A DNA stretch of 64,000 bases from Candidatus Eiseniibacteriota bacterium (GTDB taxonomy: Bacteria > Eisenbacteria > RBG-16-71-46 > DASYSL01): positions 9,419-73,418 of the forward strand of contig JBKJJJ010000127.1 in the NCBI GenBank assembly GCA_046598045.1, written 5' to 3'. The position numbers were made by a program, and so were the translations under genes. Positions 48,412-58,499 of this stretch are shown here, piece by piece (positions within the stretch are counted from its first letter, which is position 1; each line of letters begins with the position of its first letter). Under the pieces are notes generated by a model. That model was given only the letters and a program-made list of their open reading frames with translations, made no database searches and was not told the DNA's origin.

Positions 48412-49842
48412 ATGACCGCGCCCGCCTCCCCTTCCAGGCCCGCCACGAGCGACCTGCGCGAGTTGTTCGCGCTCGCCGCGCCGGTGGTGTTCGTCCAGGT
48501 CGGCCTGATGACCATGGGCGTCGTCGACACGATCCTGGTCGGGCGCGTCTCCGCGGCCGCGCTGGCGGCGGTCGCGCTCGGCAACATGTACTTCATGACG
48601 GTCGCGATGCTCGGCATGGGCGTCCTGTTCGCGCTCGACACGGTGGTGTCCCAGGCCGTGGGCGCGGGCGACCAGGCGGGCATCGCGCGCGGCGTCCAGC
48701 GCGGCCTCGTGCTCGCGGTGGCGATGACCGTGCCCTCGCTGCTGCCGCTGCTGCTCGCGCAGCCGGTCTTCGCGGCGCTCGGGCAGCCCGCGGCCGTGGT
48801 GCCGATCGCCGCGAAGTACGTGTGGGTCTCGATTCCGGGGCTCCTGCCATTCTTCGGGTTCATCGTGCTCCGGCAGTCGCTCCAGGCCATGGGCAAGCTC
48901 CGGCCGATCGTGCTCGCGATCGTGTTCGCCAACTTGCTCAACGCCCTCCTGTGCTGGATGTTCATCTTCGGCAAGCTGGGCGCCCCCGCGCTGGGCGCGG
49001 TCGGCACTGCGGTCGCCTCGACGACCGGACGCTGGGCGATGGCGCTGTTCCTGCTCGGCGCCGCGTGGAAGGACCTGCGCCCGGCGCTCAAGCCGCTCAC
49101 GCGCGCCGCGCTCGAGGCGGAGCCGCTCCGGCGCATGGTGCGGCTCGGGCTGCCGATCGGGCTCCAGTTCATGCTCGAGGTCGGCGTCTTCAGCCTGGTC
49201 GGCGTGTTCATGGGCCGCATGAGCGCGATCGCGCTCGCCGGGCACCAGGTCGCGATCACGCTCGCGAGCCTGACGTTCATGGTCCCGCTCGGCATCTCGG
49301 TCTCGGGTGCGGTGCTGGTCGGACGCGCCGTCGGGCGGCGCGACGAGGGCGGCGCCCGCCGCGCGGCGAAGCTCGCGATCGCGACCAGCACGATTTTCAT
49401 GGCGTGTTCGGCCCTGACGCTCCTTTTCTTCCCGGGACTGTTCGCGCGGCTCTACACGACGGACGCGGCGGTGATCGCCGTCGCCGCGAGCCTGATCCCG
49501 ATCGCGGGCGTGTTCCAGGTGTTCGACGGCATCCAGGTGACCTCGGGCGGCGTGCTGCGAGGGTTCGGCGAGACGCGCTCGCCGATGATCGCGAACCTCG
49601 TCGGCTACTGGGTGATCGGATTCCCGGTCAGCCTGCTGCTCGCGTTTCGCTTTGGGCTCGGTCCGCGCGGGCTGTGGTGGGGATTCGTGGTCGGGTTGGG
49701 ATCGGTCGCGATCTTCCTGTTATCGCGGGTGCGCCTCAAGCTGGCGCACGTCCCGGAGCCGGTGACGATCGACCGGCCGCCTCCGCCGTCGGGCATCGCG
49801 CAGCCGGATCCGTTCGCCGTGGCGGAACATCCAGCGGGTTGA
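48412..49842 (+). CDS. MATE-family multidrug/toxin efflux transporter (NorM-like)
   Basis: 476 aa, 12 TM. LFALAAPVVFVQVGLMTMGVVDTILVGRVSAAALAAVALGNMYF is a canonical MATE N-terminal block. The pseudo-twofold repeat is evident. Confidence 0.85.
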   Translation: MTAPASPSRPATSDLRELFALAAPVVFVQVGLMTMGVVDTILVGRVSAAALAAVALGNMYFMTVAMLGMGVLFALDTVVSQAVGAGDQAGIARGVQRGLVLAVAMTVPSLLPLLLAQPVFAALGQPAAVVPIAAKYVWVSIPGLLPFFGFIVLRQSLQAMGKLRPIVLAIVFANLLNALLCWMFIFGKLGAPALGAVGTAVASTTGRWAMALFLLGAAWKDLRPALKPLTRAALEAEPLRRMVRLGLPIGLQFMLEVGVFSLVGVFMGRMSAIALAGHQVAITLASLTFMVPLGISVSGAVLVGRAVGRRDEGGARRAAKLAIATSTIFMACSALTLLFFPGLFARLYTTDAAVIAVAASLIPIAGVFQVFDGIQVTSGGVLRGFGETRSPMIANLVGYWVIGFPVSLLLAFRFGLGPRGLWWGFVVGLGSVAIFLLSRVRLKLAHVPEPVTIDRPPPPSGIAQPDPFAVAEHPAG

Positions 49843-49896
49843 GGCCCCGCGCCGCGCGGGCGCGGGGCCTCGTTCGCTGCCGGAGACCCTGGTCGG

Positions 49897-51609
49897 TCAG
49901 CCGCCGACGGCGCTGACCCTCACCATGCGCTTCGCCGCGTTCAGCCCGGGGCCGACCGCGCGATAGAAGAACACGCCCGGCGCCACCTTGCTGCCCGCGT
50001 CGTCCCGGCCATCCCACGTCGCCGCGTGCGTCCCCGCGGGCAGCTCGGTCGAGAGCAGGTGCTTCACCTCGCGGCCCGCGACGTCGAAGATCACGATCTC
50101 GGTGTGGCCCGCCGTAGGCAGCGTGAAACCGATCGAGGTCGTGACCGTGAACGGGTTCGGCCACGCGTCGCGCAGCGCCACGCTCCCGCCCCCGCCACCC
50201 GGATCGACCGAGGTGACGCGCGGCTGGAACCAGCCGATGTCCTCGAACGCGAACTTCGTCAGGTCGACGGTGCTCGAGAGGCCGTCGGTGATGAACGGCT
50301 CCATCAGGAGGCTCGGCTCCGCGCTCGGGTCCCAGTGCGAGATCGACGAGCCCGGCTCGACCGGGTTCGGGGTGTAGAGCAGCACGCGCCCGTTGTCGTC
50401 GGCGCCCGCGAGGAACGCGGGGTTCGGCCCGATCGACATGGTGACTCCGCCGCCGAGCTGCCCCTTGATCGCGGTGCCGTCCGCCTGCGAGACGCTGACC
50501 GTCGGGATCGTGATGCTCGGGTCGGTGCCGCCCATCGCGGGCGGCGTGCCGGCCACGTTGTTCACGATCACGACCGCGATTGCGCCGGCCGCCTGCGCGC
50601 CGGCCGTCTTCTGGACGAAAGCACAGTTGCCGCGGTCGATGAGCGCGATCTTGCCCACCATCGCGCCGCCGTTGACCAGCGCGGTGCAGCCATCGGACGT
50701 CGGCACGAGGCCGTCATCGGCGAGCACGACCGATCCGCTGACCGTCGCGGCGCCGGCGGAGGGGCCGAAGTCGGCGGTGCCGTAGACCTTGAGCCCCGCG
50801 ATCCCCGCCGGCGTGAGCACGCGCACCTCGGTGCGCGGGCCGAGCACGGTCGGCGCGACCACCTTGACCGCGGAGCCGTCCCATCCCACGTGGCCGGTGT
50901 TGAGCGCCGAGGTCGCGCGCTGGGCGTTGCTCATGGTGTTCCAGCGCAGCCCCACCGAGTTGTCGAAGACGAAGCGCTGGTAGATGTCCGGGAAGTTGTT
51001 GAAAAACGCGCCGGTGCTCAGGCTGCCGTACTGGGCGAAGCCCAGGCCATGGCCGAGCTCGTGCAGCACGACCGGCAACAGCTCGATCTTGCCGACGGGC
51101 TCGTTGCCGTCGACGCCGTAGTACCACGTCTGGCCGCCGAGGCAGCCGCCCCCGTCGAGCGTGGAATTGAACTGCGCATTGATATCGTTGCCGAGAGGGT
51201 CCTCGTCGACGCCCGCGAGCCGGCTCGCGAGGGCAATCGGATACCAGGTCCCCGTGAACTCCGCGTTCGGAAAGTCGCGCAGCAGCGTGACCGCGCCCGC
51301 GCTGCCGAGAGCCGCGCTCGTGGCGTCGCAGCTCAAGGGGTTGAACTGCGCCGACACCTTGATCGTCACCGCCGAGGGCAGAATGTTGCCCCAGATGCCG
51401 GCCGCATTCTGGAACACGAACAGGCGCTGCGCGCCGAGCGTCGTCCCCGGGTTGCCGCCGACAGGCGCCGCGGCGGTCGGATCATTGAAGCCCTCGCCCG
51501 CACCATCCGAGTTGACGATCACGATCGTCGCCGCTCGCGCGACGAGGGGAATGGAGAGAGTCATGAAGACGAGGAGGGCGGCCGGCGTGAACCTGCGGAG
51601 CTCGCCCAT
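49897..51609 (-). CDS. Secreted zinc metalloprotease (HExxH) with PA (protease-associated) domain and T9SS CTD
   Basis: The start is the ATG at 51609 (MGELRRFTPAALLVFMTLSIPLVARAA). The zinc-binding motif is VVLHELGHGLGF. The PA domain is GKIALIDRGNCAFVQKTAGAQAAGAIAVVIVNN. The C-terminus AWPNPFTVTTSIGFTL...GVFFYRAVGPG is a T9SS CTD. Confidence 0.7.
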   Translation of the reverse strand: MGELRRFTPAALLVFMTLSIPLVARAATIVIVNSDGAGEGFNDPTAAAPVGGNPGTTLGAQRLFVFQNAAGIWGNILPSAVTIKVSAQFNPLSCDATSAALGSAGAVTLLRDFPNAEFTGTWYPIALASRLAGVDEDPLGNDINAQFNSTLDGGGCLGGQTWYYGVDGNEPVGKIELLPVVLHELGHGLGFAQYGSLSTGAFFNNFPDIYQRFVFDNSVGLRWNTMSNAQRATSALNTGHVGWDGSAVKVVAPTVLGPRTEVRVLTPAGIAGLKVYGTADFGPSAGAATVSGSVVLADDGLVPTSDGCTALVNGGAMVGKIALIDRGNCAFVQKTAGAQAAGAIAVVIVNNVAGTPPAMGGTDPSITIPTVSVSQADGTAIKGQLGGGVTMSIGPNPAFLAGADDNGRVLLYTPNPVEPGSSISHWDPSAEPSLLMEPFITDGLSSTVDLTKFAFEDIGWFQPRVTSVDPGGGGGSVALRDAWPNPFTVTTSIGFTLPTAGHTEIVIFDVAGREVKHLLSTELPAGTHAATWDGRDDAGSKVAPGVFFYRAVGPGLNAAKRMVRVSAVGG

Positions 51610-52166
51610 CACTGGACCTCGTGCTTCGGCGCGGGCGCCGCGGCCTGGGTCTGTGCATCCTTCCGGAAGCGCGCGGCCGCCTCGGGCCCGTGCACGCAAT
51701 CGCGCACCAGCTTGCCGTCCGGACCGATGCGCGCCACCTCGTACTCCTGGAATCGCTCGTCGAGCCGCGCCAGCGTGGCGCCGTTGGCGAGCCGCTCCGT
51801 GGTGATGCCGCGCGCGGGATCATCATCGGGCGCGGCCTGGTGGATGCCGGACTGGGCGTCGAGCGCCTGCACCTGCTCGGCGGTCGGACGCACGAGGCGT
51901 CCGGTCGCCGGATCGATCGCGGCCTTCATGCCGAAGGTTCCGCGCGTCGTCGCAACCTTCGCGGCGCGCACGCGCGTAACGTGCGCCTTGGCGTGCGCGG
52001 CCTTGGCGTGCGTCGCCTTGGCGTGCGTCGCCTTGCGCGCGGTCGGGAGCAACGTGTGCGCCCCTGCGGCCTGGGCCGGCGGCGTGGATGCGATCATGAT
52101 CAGGGCGGTGAGCGCTCCGGCGATGCTGACCCGGAGCGTGGGGGGCTGAGCAATCCATCGCTTCAT
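51609..52166 (-). CDS. Small secreted protein (185 aa) with His-Ala-Lys tandem repeats, unknown function; translationally coupled to the metalloprotease
   Basis: This is the C-terminal part of the spurious ORF-track frame 51609..53153. The real start is the ATG at 52166 (MKRWIAQPPTLRVSIAGALTALIMIASTPPAQA). ATHAKATHAKAAHAKAH is encoded by three 15-nt tandem repeats (gccttggcgtgcg.. family, about 51976..52022). The stop overlaps the metalloprotease ATG by 1 nt. Confidence 0.55.
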   Translation of the reverse strand: MKRWIAQPPTLRVSIAGALTALIMIASTPPAQAAGAHTLLPTARKATHAKATHAKAAHAKAHVTRVRAAKVATTRGTFGMKAAIDPATGRLVRPTAEQVQALDAQSGIHQAAPDDDPARGITTERLANGATLARLDERFQEYEVARIGPDGKLVRDCVHGPEAAARFRKDAQTQAAAPAPKHEVQ

Positions 52167-52388
52167 GGCGCGTGATCTCCTCGTAGGTCGGCGCGGGACT
52201 GCAGGGTGTCGATCAAGCGTAGCACGGTCCGCAGGTCGTTGAAGAATTGCACTTTGCCCGCTCCGGCGGCCCCTGGCAGGGCCCGTTACAAAGCGCTGCA
52301 TGCCCGGGGCCCGGCTGCCGATACCCCGGGGGTACCGCGCGGCGGACGGTTTTCCGCCGGCGCCTGGGACGATTCCACGGAGGCCGCG

Positions 52389-54044
52389 ATGGCGCAATTC
52401 GACAGCGCCTTTCAGGACGAACTCGCAGATCTCGATCGCAGGAACTGGTCGCTGTGGTTCGTGAACGGGTTGCTGCTCGTGTTCATGGCGGCGGTGATCA
52501 CATCGCTGTACCTCCCCCGCATCTGGGGCCTGATCGTGCCCGAGTTTCCGGCTCCCGAGACCCGGGGCATCCTGGTCACCGGAATGTGTGGCCTGGTGCT
52601 CGTCTTCATGCTCTACATGCTGCTCAAGCAGCGCCAGATGCAGACGCTGCGTAACGACCTGATCCGGGCGCGCGTGAAGGAGGAGGTCCTGCGTTCGCGG
52701 CTCTCCGAGATCACCTCGTTGTTCGACATGTCGACCTCGGTCAACATGCAGCTCAGCGTCGACTCCATCCTCGACATCATCACCCGCCGGGTGCTGACCT
52801 GCCTCGAGGCGGACCAGTCGTCGATCCTGCTGCTGAACGTCGAGAACCAGCACCTCGAGGCCCGCTCGGTGCATGGCGTCGACTCGGACTTCGTCAAGGA
52901 CGCGCGCATCAAGCTGGGCGAGGGCATTGCCGGCTACGTCGCGCAGCACGGCGAGCCCATGGTGCTCAACGACGAGGACATCCAGCGGCGCTTCGCGTCC
53001 TCGAAGAAGACCGGCCGCAACATCACGTCGGCGCTGTGCATCCCGCTGATGATCAAGGGGCGCGCGATCGGCGTGCTCAACATCAACCGGATCGACCGCG
53101 ACCGCTCGTTCAGCGCGGGTGACGCTCGCGTCCTCGCCGTGTTCGGCGAGCACGCGGCGGTGGCGATCCAGCGCGTCGAGGAATACCGCGCGCTCGACAC
53201 GCGGGCCTCACTCCTCGAGGACGCGAACCGGCGCCTGGCCGAGGTCAACCGGATGAAGGAGATCTTCCTCTACACGGTGAGCCACGAGCTCAAGACGCCG
53301 CTGACGTGCATCATCGCGTATGCCGAGTTCCTGCGGCAGGACGAGAACGCGATCGATCCGGACCAGCGCCGGACGTTCTCGCGCATCCTCTACGACCAGG
53401 CGAACCGGCTGCTCGAGCTGGTCAACGACATCATGGACCTGTCCCGCCTCGAGGGCGGAGCGGCGCGGCTCAACCTGACGCCGACCAGCATGAATTCGAT
53501 CGTGGATTCGAGCGTGCAGGCGCTGGAGACGCTCGCGGTGCGCAAGGGCATCCACCTCGCGCACGAGCTGGCGGGTGAGATGCCGGTGATTCCGGTCGAC
53601 GCCTCGAAACTGCGCCAGGTGATCGTCAACCTGCTCAACAATGCGATCAAGTTCACCGAGGCCGGCGGCACGATTACGATCGGCACGCGCATCTGGGACG
53701 GCAGCGTGATCGTCGAGGTGTCCGATTCGGGCATTGGGATCCCGGCGCGCGACCTGACGCGCATCTTCGACCTGTTCGCGCGCTCCGACGTGGCGGTCAG
53801 CCGTCACTACGAGGGGCTCGGCCTGGGTCTCCACCTGGTCAAGCGCCTGGTGGAGCTGCACGGCGGCCGCGTCTGGGTCGAGAGCACACCCGGCAAGGGC
53901 AGCCGATTCTCGTTCAGCCTGCCGATGGCGCAGGCGATGCCTACGGGTGCCGTGGAACCGGCCAAGGACGGATCGATGTCGGGCCCCGAGCCGATGCCGG
54001 CGATCTCGGCGAACGGGGCGGACGCGGGAGAGCGCGCGGCCTAG
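52389..54044 (+). CDS. Membrane sensor histidine kinase with GAF domain (two TM helices, GAF, HisKA, HATPase_c)
   Basis: The start is placed at the ATG at 52389 behind GGAGG. TM helices are [20 protein letters not shown] and [18 protein letters not shown]. The GAF region has a ...[19 protein letters not shown]... signature. The H-box is [15 protein letters not shown]1 and G2 boxes are present ([21 protein letters not shown]). Confidence 0.8.
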   Translation: MAQFDSAFQDELADLDRRNWSLWFVNGLLLVFMAAVITSLYLPRIWGLIVPEFPAPETRGILVTGMCGLVLVFMLYMLLKQRQMQTLRNDLIRARVKEEVLRSRLSEITSLFDMSTSVNMQLSVDSILDIITRRVLTCLEADQSSILLLNVENQHLEARSVHGVDSDFVKDARIKLGEGIAGYVAQHGEPMVLNDEDIQRRFASSKKTGRNITSALCIPLMIKGRAIGVLNINRIDRDRSFSAGDARVLAVFGEHAAVAIQRVEEYRALDTRASLLEDANRRLAEVNRMKEIFLYTVSHELKTPLTCIIAYAEFLRQDENAIDPDQRRTFSRILYDQANRLLELVNDIMDLSRLEGGAARLNLTPTSMNSIVDSSVQALETLAVRKGIHLAHELAGEMPVIPVDASKLRQVIVNLLNNAIKFTEAGGTITIGTRIWDGSVIVEVSDSGIGIPARDLTRIFDLFARSDVAVSRHYEGLGLGLHLVKRLVELHGGRVWVESTPGKGSRFSFSLPMAQAMPTGAVEPAKDGSMSGPEPMPAISANGADAGERAA

Positions 54045-54430
54045 AGTGGGCGGTCCATCTCGCGGGGCTTGAGCAGCTCGCTGATGCGCTCACGCAGGAG
54101 CGAAATTCCGCCCGGCTTGCGCAGCAACCCGGACGCGCCGTGTTCGAGCGCGTAGGCGTCGTCCACCGCGCGGTCGCCGGTGTGCAGGATGACCGGGATC
54201 CAGGTCCCCGCCTGGCGCACGTCAACCAGCAACGCGCCGGCCCGGCCACCGTCCGTGCGCGGCTCGAGCACGATCACCTCGGGCGAGAGGTCGTTGACCG
54301 CGGCAACCGCCTCCTCGACGGTGTCGGCCCCATAGAACGACCAACCCTCCCGTTCGATCATCGCCGACAACTCCTCCTTGACCACAGGATCGTCGTCGAT
54401 CACGAGGATGCGCGGACCTCCGGGCTTCAA
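54041..54430 (-). CDS. Single-domain CheY-like response regulator
   Basis: The start is assigned to the in-frame TTG at 54430 behind AAGGAG (5-nt spacer), giving [20 protein letters not shown]...[10 protein letters not shown]...IPVILHTGD...LLRKP. It is convergent with the kinase gene and overlaps it by 4 nt. The ORF-track N-terminal extension was rejected. Confidence 0.7.
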   Translation of the reverse strand: MKPGGPRILVIDDDPVVKEELSAMIEREGWSFYGADTVEEAVAAVNDLSPEVIVLEPRTDGGRAGALLVDVRQAGTWIPVILHTGDRAVDDAYALEHGASGLLRKPGGISLLRERISELLKPREMDRPL

Positions 54431-54494
54431 GGCGACTCCTTTGCAAGGGTGCGGAAATTCGGGATCCCCGGGCTCGCAATCACCGGCCGGAGGG

Positions 54495-55793
54495 TCACTC
54501 TTCCCGGTTGGATGCCAGGGCCTCGCGATTCGTGCGCAGGGGTTCATCGACGGTGAGGCGCGCCAGGTCGTCCATGGTCTCCCCACGGCGGACCAGCCGG
54601 GCCACGCCGCCCTCGAGCAGGACCTCGGGCAGCCGCGGGCGGCCGTTGTAATTGGAGCTCATGGTGTAGCCGTACGCCCCCGCGTCGAGGATCGCCACGC
54701 CGTCCCCGGGCGCGAGCGGCGGCAGGGCGCGCCCGCGTGCGAGGCAGTCGCCGGTCTCGCAGATCGGCCCCACCACGTCGGCGACGAACGTCCGGGCCGC
54801 CGTGCCCGGCTCGGTGAGCGGCACGATGCGGTGGAACGCGTCGTAGAGCGCGGGCCTCAGCAGGTCGTTCATCGCGACGTCGAGCACGACGAACGTGCGC
54901 GCAGGCCCCTTCTTGACGTCGAGCACGCGGCCGATCAGCGCGCCGGCGGCGCCCGCGACGTAGCGGCCCGGCTCGACCAGCGCGAACAGCCCGCGGCCCT
55001 TCACCGCCTCGCGCACCCGGCGCGCATAGGCTTCGAGCGGAAACGTGGCGCCCGTGCCCTCGTAGTCGATGCCGAACCCGCCGCCCAGGTCGAGCGTGTC
55101 GAGCCGGGCGCCGGCCGAGCGTCCCGCGTCCACGATCTCGAGCGCCTCGGCGAGCGCGGCCTCGAGCGGCGCCAGCTCCATGAGCTGCGAGCCGATGTGC
55201 ACGTGCAGCCCCGCGATCGCGAGGTGCGGGTAGGCCCCGGTGCGCGCGCAGGCGGAGAGCGCCTCGATCGGCGTCATGCCGAACTTGCTCTCCTTGAGTC
55301 CGGTCGCGATGTAGGGATGCGTGTGCGGGTCGACGTCGGGATTGACCCGCAGCAGCACGCGCTGCACCCGCCCGGCGCGCGCGGCGGCCGCATCGAGGCG
55401 CGCGAGCTCGGCCGGGCTGTCGGCGCTCACGAGGCCGATGCCGCAGGCGATCGCCTGGTCGAGCTCGGCGGCCGTCTTGCCGTTGCCGTTGAGCACCAGC
55501 AGCGCCGGATCGAATCCCGACGCCAGCGCGAGCTGGAGTTCCCCCCCGGAGGACACCTCGGCGCCCAGTCCGTGGGCGCGGGCGAGGGCGAGCAGCGCGG
55601 GGTTCGTGTTGGCCTTGACCGCATAGCAGGCGCGCGCCCACGAGCCGTCGAACGCCCGGCCGAGCGCCTCGGCGCGGGTCTTGATGCCGTCGCCGTCATA
55701 CACCCACGCGCTGCCCACCTCGGCGAGCACGTGGGCGAGCGACACCCCGCTCGCGCTGAGCTGTCCCTGCTGGTACCGGAATCCGGCGTCCAC
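54495..55793 (-). CDS. lysA: Diaminopimelate decarboxylase (PLP-dependent fold-type III decarboxylase)
   Basis: YAVKANTNPALL (PLP Lys), HVHIGSQ, GGGFGIDY and EPGRYVAG are present, with the CETGD catalytic Cys context. Substrate assignment within the ornithine/DAP/arginine decarboxylase family is by best motif fit. Confidence 0.75.
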   Translation of the reverse strand: MDAGFRYQQGQLSASGVSLAHVLAEVGSAWVYDGDGIKTRAEALGRAFDGSWARACYAVKANTNPALLALARAHGLGAEVSSGGELQLALASGFDPALLVLNGNGKTAAELDQAIACGIGLVSADSPAELARLDAAAARAGRVQRVLLRVNPDVDPHTHPYIATGLKESKFGMTPIEALSACARTGAYPHLAIAGLHVHIGSQLMELAPLEAALAEALEIVDAGRSAGARLDTLDLGGGFGIDYEGTGATFPLEAYARRVREAVKGRGLFALVEPGRYVAGAAGALIGRVLDVKKGPARTFVVLDVAMNDLLRPALYDAFHRIVPLTEPGTAARTFVADVVGPICETGDCLARGRALPPLAPGDGVAILDAGAYGYTMSSNYNGRPRLPEVLLEGGVARLVRRGETMDDLARLTVDEPLRTNREALASNREE

Positions 55794-55846
55794 GGCATTC
55801 TCCCTTCAATTGACACGCCCGCCTGCGCGGGGCAGGATGAGCGACC

Positions 55847-56350
55847 ATGATCATCCGTCGTGCGCCTCTCATGCAAGCCTCGATCGCAGTCCTCGCGGTC
55901 GCGCTCGCCCTCCTGGCCGTCGGCTGCACCGAGAAGCTGGTCCAGCCCCCGCCGCCGCCGACCGTGCTCGCGGTCCCCGACAGCATCCAGCAAATCTTCA
56001 CCGCAAATTGTGCGTTCAGCGGGTGTCACGGCGGCGCGACGCCGCAGCAGGGCCAGGACTTGAGCGACGCGGTGACGAGCTACGCGCACATCGTGGACGT
56101 GGCGTCGAACGAACGCAGCGCGTTCAAGCGCATCGCGCCGGGGGACAGCGCGAACAGCTACATCGTGATGAAGCTGCGGAACGACCCGCGCAAGGGCGGC
56201 CAGCCGATGCCGCTCGGGGCGTATCCGCTGGACGGCGTGCTGGTGTTGCGGATCGCGCTCTGGGCGCAGCAGGGCGCGCCGGGCGTGCCCACGATCGCTG
56301 CGCGCGTCCCGCACACGGGCGACGGCGACGCGCTCGCCGCCGCACACTGA
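55847..56350 (+). CDS. Lipoprotein with a planctomycete-type cytochrome-c-like domain (CX4CH variant haem-binding motif)
   Basis: The signal peptide has lipobox LLAVGC. IFTANCAFSGCHGG...QDLSD...PGDSANSYIVMKL...QPMPLG resembles the PSCyt1-type domain, but with C-x4-CH instead of C-x2-CH. A possible promoter TTGACA-17nt-CAGGAT lies about 25 nt upstream of the ATG. Confidence 0.45.
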   Translation: MIIRRAPLMQASIAVLAVALALLAVGCTEKLVQPPPPPTVLAVPDSIQQIFTANCAFSGCHGGATPQQGQDLSDAVTSYAHIVDVASNERSAFKRIAPGDSANSYIVMKLRNDPRKGGQPMPLGAYPLDGVLVLRIALWAQQGAPGVPTIAARVPHTGDGDALAAAH

Positions 56351-56356
56351 GCCAGG

Positions 56357-58453
56357 CTAGACCTTCCCGACCTCGACGAAATTGGTGTAGAACGTCGCGC
56401 CGCCGCCGGCATCCGTCAGGCGCAGCGACGTGGTCTGGTTCGCGTTGGCGCCGCCCTCGGTGAAGCGCGACCACCATCCGCGATAGCACGCGACCACGCC
56501 GGGGCCGGTCAGGTCCGACACCTCGGCGGTCGTGATCCACGAGCCGCGATCGTTCCACACGCGCACGCGGTCCCCGCTCGCAATGCCGCGGGCCTCCGCG
56601 TCGGCCGCGCTGAGGTAGAGCAGCGGGCCCTTCGCCAGCCGCCGGCCGCGCTCATTCTCGACCATCGAGGAGTTGATGAAGTAGCGCGACGCCGGGGTCA
56701 GGAAGTGGAGCGGCCACTTCGCGTGCTCGGCCGCCACGTCGGGGTGGGTGTCCTCGCTCGTGAGCGCGCCCAGCACCGGATCGAGGCCGTGCCCCTTCAT
56801 CAGGCTCGAGACGAACTCGACCTTGCCCGAAGGCGTGTCGAACTTCCCGTCGAGCCACGGCGAGTACACCGGCAGCCGCGGATCCTGCGGAGCCAAAGGC
56901 ACGCTGCGCTCGCGCTCGAGGCGCTCGGGGGTGATGCCCTTGAGCCGCGGGTTCGCCGGGTTGTCGAGCGCGATCGCGAGCACGTCGTCGAACGTCTGGT
57001 CGAAGCACGGATCGTCGAGCCCCATGCGGTGCGCGAGGTCCTGGAACACGTCGAACAGCGGGCGGCACTCGCCGGGCGCGGGCACGGCCGGGCGATTGAG
57101 CTGCAGGTGGTAGTGGCCGTACGCGAGATGCAGGTCCGAGTGCTCCATCTGCATGGTCGAGGGCAGGAGCACGTCGGCATGGAGCGCGGTGTCGGTCATG
57201 AACTGCTCGTGCACGACCGTGAACAGGTCCTCGCGCTCGAGCCCCTTGCGCACGCGCGACTGGTCCGGGTTCGACGCGCCCGGGTTCGCCGAGTAGACGA
57301 ACATGGCGCGCACGGGCGGATCCAATTCGGTCAGCGCCTGGCCCAGCAGCGACATGTTGATCGTGCGCGGGGTGCGCGGCTCGAGGTCCGGGCGGGCCAT
57401 GCCCTTGCGATTGAGCCCGAAGGCCGCGGACGTCGAGAGCCGCGCGCCACCGCCGGGCCGCGCCCAGTCCCCCACCAGCGCGGGCAGGAGCGCGACTGCG
57501 CGCACCATGGCCGCGCCGTTGGTGTGACGATTGAGGCCGTAGTTGAGCCGCACCAGCGCCGGCCGCGACTCCGGGGCCGCGTACAACGCGGCGAGCCGGC
57601 GAATGTCCTCCGCCGGGACGCCGGTGAGCTGCGCGGCGCGCTCGGGTGGGCACTCCTGGGCACGCGCGCGATACTCGCGCCAGCCCAGCGCGTGCGCCTC
57701 GAGCCACGGTTCGTCGTGCCAGCCGTGGGCGAAGATCTCGTGCGCCACCGCAAGCGCGAGTGCGGCGTCGGTGCCGGGCCGGACGCGGATGTGCCAGTCG
57801 GCCTTCTCCGCGGTCGGCGTCCTGAGCGGGTCGATCACCACGACCTGCGCGCCGCCCTTGCGCGCGTCCTCGATGAACGGCCAGTCGTGGATCGAGGTCG
57901 CGAGCACGTTCGCGCCCCAGAGCACGATCAGCTTCGTGAGCGGAATCGATTCGGGAGGCGGACCCTGGTTCGTGCCGTAGCACGACCAGAAGCCCTGGGT
58001 CCCCGTGGTCGAACAGATCGTCTCGTCGAGGCGCGACGCGCCGAGCGCGTGGAAGAATCTCCGGTCCATCGAGCCATTCTGGATGAGCCCCATCGTGCCG
58101 GCGTAGTGGTAGGGCAGGAGCGCCTCGCCGCCATGCTGGTCGATGATCGCGCGCAGCCGTGCGGCGACCAGGTCCAATGCCTCGTCCCAGCTCGCGCGGC
58201 GGAACTCGCCCTTGCCCTTCGCCCCGCTACGGATCTGGGGATAGAGCAGGCGCTCGGCGTGGTTCAGGCGCTCGTCGTAGCGATTGACCTTGTTGCACAG
58301 GAAGCCGCGCGTGACCGGGTGCGCGGGGTCGCCGTGGACGCGGACGACCTTGTCGCCTTCGACCTCGACCAGCAGTGCGCAGGTGTCGGGGCAGTCGTGC
58401 GGGCATACGGCCTTGAGGGTGCGGCGTTCGGGGGTCGCGGTGGCGGGCGTCAT
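56357..58453 (-). CDS. Molybdopterin (bis-MGD) oxidoreductase family catalytic subunit with N-terminal 4Fe-4S cysteine motif (nitrate reductase/formate dehydrogenase-like; substrate unknown)
   Basis: 698 aa. CPHDCPDTCALLVE (Cx2Cx3C...C) is followed by MGD-binding domains, with a C-terminal molydopterin-dinucleotide-binding domain (...GDRVRVWNDRGSWITTAEVSD...). Confidence 0.8.
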   Translation of the reverse strand: MTPATATPERRTLKAVCPHDCPDTCALLVEVEGDKVVRVHGDPAHPVTRGFLCNKVNRYDERLNHAERLLYPQIRSGAKGKGEFRRASWDEALDLVAARLRAIIDQHGGEALLPYHYAGTMGLIQNGSMDRRFFHALGASRLDETICSTTGTQGFWSCYGTNQGPPPESIPLTKLIVLWGANVLATSIHDWPFIEDARKGGAQVVVIDPLRTPTAEKADWHIRVRPGTDAALALAVAHEIFAHGWHDEPWLEAHALGWREYRARAQECPPERAAQLTGVPAEDIRRLAALYAAPESRPALVRLNYGLNRHTNGAAMVRAVALLPALVGDWARPGGGARLSTSAAFGLNRKGMARPDLEPRTPRTINMSLLGQALTELDPPVRAMFVYSANPGASNPDQSRVRKGLEREDLFTVVHEQFMTDTALHADVLLPSTMQMEHSDLHLAYGHYHLQLNRPAVPAPGECRPLFDVFQDLAHRMGLDDPCFDQTFDDVLAIALDNPANPRLKGITPERLERERSVPLAPQDPRLPVYSPWLDGKFDTPSGKVEFVSSLMKGHGLDPVLGALTSEDTHPDVAAEHAKWPLHFLTPASRYFINSSMVENERGRRLAKGPLLYLSAADAEARGIASGDRVRVWNDRGSWITTAEVSDLTGPGVVACYRGWWSRFTEGGANANQTTSLRLTDAGGGATFYTNFVEVGKV

Positions 58454-58499
58454 GGCGCATGAGCGTACGCCGCCGGGGCCCCCGCTTCAAGCCGCGGAC

